This document shows positions 4,045-6,130 of a stretch of DNA of 6,130 nucleotides, in pieces. This stretch comes from a virus. The notes under the pieces were generated by a model that was given only the letters and a program-made list of their open reading frames with translations, did no database searches and was not told where the DNA came from. Position 1 is the stretch's first letter. The number at the start of each line of letters is the position of its first letter. The translations under genes and the position numbers were made by a program. The stretch covers positions 1-6,130 of the IMG/VR virus record IMGVR_UViG_3300034102_002506. The stretch is one strand, 5' to 3'.

Positions 4045-4341
4045 ATGAAAAAATTACTTTTATTAACTGTCATTATGCTGGCTTCATGCTCAGACATTGT
4101 ACTCCCAAACTATGGTAACTTCCTTGTTACTTTCAAATGCGAAAGCCAAATGAAAGGATTTACAAACGTAAACAAATGGATTGAAACAGAGTATTACGAG
4201 GGTGTCGATGAATACAAAATAGTGCTAAATTCAAGCTCAAAGAGTGATGAGTATTTTACCACAACACGCCAATGGGTAAAGACTGAGAAAGTAAAAAAAC
4301 TCAATAGAGAGAGTGGAAGTATAGAAAAAATCTATAATTAA
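4045..4341 (+). CDS. Phage-encoded lipoprotein, 98 aa precursor
   Basis: MKKLLLLTVIMLASC has an n-region, an h-region and a lipobox L-A-S-C. This is a classical signal peptidase II signal. The mature part has no recognised family. Confidence 0.75.
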   Translation: MKKLLLLTVIMLASCSDIVLPNYGNFLVTFKCESQMKGFTNVNKWIETEYYEGVDEYKIVLNSSSKSDEYFTTTRQWVKTEKVKKLNRESGSIEKIYN

Positions 4342-4343
4342 AT

Positions 4344-4363
4344 TGATTTGGAAATGATTTGGA
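4344..4363 (+). repeat. Tandem direct 9-mer TGATTTGGA x2 (11-nt period) abutting the terminase start
   Basis: TGATTTGGA occurs at 4344-4352 and again at 4355-4363. The ATG at 4365 follows the second copy directly. Confidence 0.5.
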
Positions 4364-4364
4364 G

Positions 4365-5846
4365 ATGAAAAACAAAGGGCATGAAAATATACATCCTCCA
4401 AAAGAGGGTGAAGTACGCAACCCAAAAGGGAAGCCAAAAGGCACGCTTAACCGCTCTACAATTGTAAAAAATATACTAGGGCTTGCATCCGTATTGCCTA
4501 AAAATCAATTTGATAAACTTCAAAAGTTATACCCTGAGATTACCAACTCAATGACAATGGCAGAACTCATGACCATTGTTCAAGCAAACAAAGCAGTTAC
4601 AAAACAAGACACCGGGGCGTTCCGTGCGATCATGGATTATGCCCCTGAAACATTTGAAGACGAAGACGAAAACGAAAAGGCTATCAAGTACTATTCCATT
4701 CGTGATGCTATAATTGATAAGCATTATCGTTTCTTAGAAAAAGGCTTTGACTGGACAATACTAGAGGGTGGCTCTCGGAGTGGTAAGACTTATAACTTTC
4801 TCATGTGGGCTTTCATCCAAACTACCAAAGGCAAGTTTGATTTGTCATTGATTGCACCATCATACAAGATGCTCGAGCGTGGTGTATTCCAAGATTGCAA
4901 AAGCATTATTTCAAGATTTGCACCCGAAATACAACTCCCTGAACGTGCAACAAAAATAACACTGGCTAATGATTCACACTGGAACTTTGAAGTCGTAACA
5001 AACGAAAACGAAGCTAAGAGAAATAGACACAACGTATTCGTGAATGAGGGGGACGGGGTAAAAAAGGAGGTTGCCACATTGCTAGGGCGTGCAAGCGGTC
5101 GCAAATTCGTTGACTTTAATCCTACTCGTAAATTTTGGGCTCATGATTACATCAATGAGGACGGCACAAACATAATTTCATCAACTTGGCATGATAATCC
5201 TTTCTTATCAACTAATCAGCTACAATGGTTTGCGGACTTGAAAAAGAAAGGTGAAAATGCAGAGGAAGGAAGCCCCGAAAGATACACATACGAAGTCTAC
5301 TACAATGGGAATTACTCACTGATAAGTGGTAAGGCTTATGAGATGGAAGACTTTGATATTGTTGATGAACATCCGAAATTCGACTACATGATGAGTTACG
5401 CCGACCCATCATTAGGCACTGGTAATGACTTTTTCGCTTGTTTGCTTTTCGGTATCAAAGGTAAGCAAGTATATGCAGTTGATTGTATATTTTCTCAATT
5501 CACTAAGTCAGGGGGTTATACTGAGAAACTTAATCAATGGGATGCTGAATGGTCAACGCCTATTGACCACTATTCAGAAGGTAACGGGGTGAGCGGTGTA
5601 GTAACTGGTGCGGTGAATGAGTTCTACAATGGCGTTTTGAATGTGATCAATAACTCTAGTAAAAAGGAAGCCGACATAATTGTGTACGCTCCGACAGCGA
5701 AACGTTTCAAATTCGTGAGAAGTCCAAAGATGATTGAGTTCTTAACTCAGTGTGCTGAATATCCTAATTCTGACCATGACGATGCACCAGACTGTTTGGG
5801 GCGTGGTGCCAAACTGCTTTTAAAATACTTTGATATAAATGAGTAG
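4365..5846 (+). CDS. terL: Terminase large subunit (PBSX/Terminase_3-like) with a roughly 100-aa TerS-like N-terminal extension
   Basis: Walker A EGGSRSGKTYNF, Walker B-like HNVFVNEGD, nuclease-domain acidic motifs SYADPSLGTGNDFFA and DHDDAPDCLGRG. The N-terminal NPKGKPKGT motif is DUF5681/small-terminase-like. ATG at 4365 is preferred over the track's TTG at 4359. Confidence 0.93.
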   Translation: MKNKGHENIHPPKEGEVRNPKGKPKGTLNRSTIVKNILGLASVLPKNQFDKLQKLYPEITNSMTMAELMTIVQANKAVTKQDTGAFRAIMDYAPETFEDEDENEKAIKYYSIRDAIIDKHYRFLEKGFDWTILEGGSRSGKTYNFLMWAFIQTTKGKFDLSLIAPSYKMLERGVFQDCKSIISRFAPEIQLPERATKITLANDSHWNFEVVTNENEAKRNRHNVFVNEGDGVKKEVATLLGRASGRKFVDFNPTRKFWAHDYINEDGTNIISSTWHDNPFLSTNQLQWFADLKKKGENAEEGSPERYTYEVYYNGNYSLISGKAYEMEDFDIVDEHPKFDYMMSYADPSLGTGNDFFACLLFGIKGKQVYAVDCIFSQFTKSGGYTEKLNQWDAEWSTPIDHYSEGNGVSGVVTGAVNEFYNGVLNVINNSSKKEADIIVYAPTAKRFKFVRSPKMIEFLTQCAEYPNSDHDDAPDCLGRGAKLLLKYFDINE

Positions 5847-6009
5847 AAAAGAAATTTACGGCACTAAGAAGAACTTCATTGCATGCCACTATGAAGACAT
5901 TAGACAGCTACGAAAAAGAATGTCAGCTAAACAGATTTCTGAGTTTTACGGTGGAATAATTTCACTATGGGACATTTACAAGATAGAGAAAGATTTCCAA
6001 AAAAAATAG
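5839..6009 (+). CDS. Small ORF (56 aa) overlapping the terL stop; possible HTH protein (not in the supplied ORF track)
   Basis: The ATG at 5839 overlaps the terL TAG (ATGAGTAG). My translation is MSRKEIYGTKKNFIACHYEDIRQLRKRMSAKQISEFYGGIISLWDIYKIEKDFQKK, ending at TAG 6007-6009. The segment MSAKQISEFYGG...W is HTH-like. It fills an otherwise non-coding 190 nt. Confidence 0.45.
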   Translation: MSRKEIYGTKKNFIACHYEDIRQLRKRMSAKQISEFYGGIISLWDIYKIEKDFQKK

Positions 6010-6028
6010 TAAATAGAAAAAACACACT

Positions 6029-6036
6029 TATATTTG
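6029..6036 (+). promoter_or_regulatory. TATATTTG -7-type box 4 nt upstream of the next ATG (possible leaderless or very short-leader transcript)
   Basis: It matches TAnnTTTG exactly and sits in the 31-nt gap between 6009 and 6041. Confidence 0.35.
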
Positions 6037-6040
6037 CGAC

Positions 6041-6130
6041 ATGATAACAGGGAAGTACATTTATAGAGCCAATATTGATGGTGATTTGACAATCGAGCAA
6101 CAGATTGAACAGGTCAAGAATGATGCTATT
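6041..6130 (+). CDS. Hypothetical protein, N-terminal fragment (runs off the window). Its position after terL would suit a portal or structural gene, but the sequence is not recognised.
   Basis: From ATG at 6041 the frame stays open for 30 codons to the window end (MITGKYIYRANIDGDLTIEQQIEQVKNDAI). Confidence 0.45.
   Translation, partial: MITGKYIYRANIDGDLTIEQQIEQVKNDAI

Larger units (their letters stand above)
1..6130 (+). mobile_element. Segment of a tailed-phage/prophage genome (replication module, accessory island, start of packaging module)
   Basis: All credible genes lie on one strand, with short gaps or overlaps (ATGA at 993-996, an 11-nt overlap at 1381-1391, ATGAGTAG at 5839-5846). 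The content is typical of phage: VRR-NUC, DUF4373-type organiser, DnaC-like loader, tRNA-like genes, large terminase. The sequence is visibly AT-rich. Confidence 0.85.

Noticed and set aside
4237-4437. Minus-strand 66-aa ORF spanning the lipoprotein/terL junction
   Set aside because: It is antisense to two supported plus-strand genes and has no motifs.
4790-5104. Minus-strand 104-aa ORF
   Set aside because: It lies inside the terL ATPase domain on the opposite strand. terL motifs fix the plus frame.
5212-5412. Minus-strand 66-aa ORF
   Set aside because: It lies inside terL on the opposite strand. The sequence is Ser/His-rich shadow sequence.
1-6130. Search for CRISPR repeats, a reverse transcriptase/retron, toxin-antitoxin pairs, restriction-modification, an integrase, or long direct or terminal repeats
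   Set aside because: I found no regularly spaced repeats, no RT or nuclease-NTPase defence signatures and no recombinase motifs. The only repeats are the 12-mer leader pair, the 9-mer tandem and the palindromes reported above.

Overview
The window is a tightly packed, all-plus-strand segment of a tailed-phage or prophage genome. The host is AT-rich and most likely Bacteroidota: start codons lack Shine-Dalgarno sequences, and TAnnTTTG -7-type boxes cluster in the three AT-rich intergenic gaps. The gene order starts with a replication/recombination module: the 3' end of an MBL-fold hydrolase gene, a short DnaN (beta-clamp)-like protein, a small coiled-coil ORF, a VRR-NUC nuclease, a stand-alone DnaA-domain-IV-like HTH protein, a small HTH protein, a DUF4373-type replication organiser and a DnaC/IstB-like AAA+ loader. 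Next comes a small accessory island: a promoter cluster, a 74-aa glycine-rich two-TM protein, two tandem non-canonical tRNA-like genes that each follow a conserved leader hairpin, and a lipoprotein. The packaging module follows: a large terminase with a TerS-like N-terminal extension, a small overlapping ORF missing from the ORF track, and the start of the next gene. I found no hallmark of a known defence or counter-defence system (no CRISPR array, reverse transcriptase, toxin-antitoxin pair, integrase or att site). The most unusual items are listed here. (1) The tRNA-like pair: the first has a 6- or 8-nt anticodon loop, and the second has a CAU anticodon with broken acceptor and T stems. (2) The putative TerS-TerL fusion. 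(3) A promoter-like box leading into a 58-nt compound palindrome plus T-run. (4) The half-size, cysteine-rich DnaN-like protein. (5) An in-phase A AAA AAA heptamer that could fuse the coiled-coil ORF to the VRR-NUC nuclease. All functional calls rest on motif recognition from memory. No database search was run.
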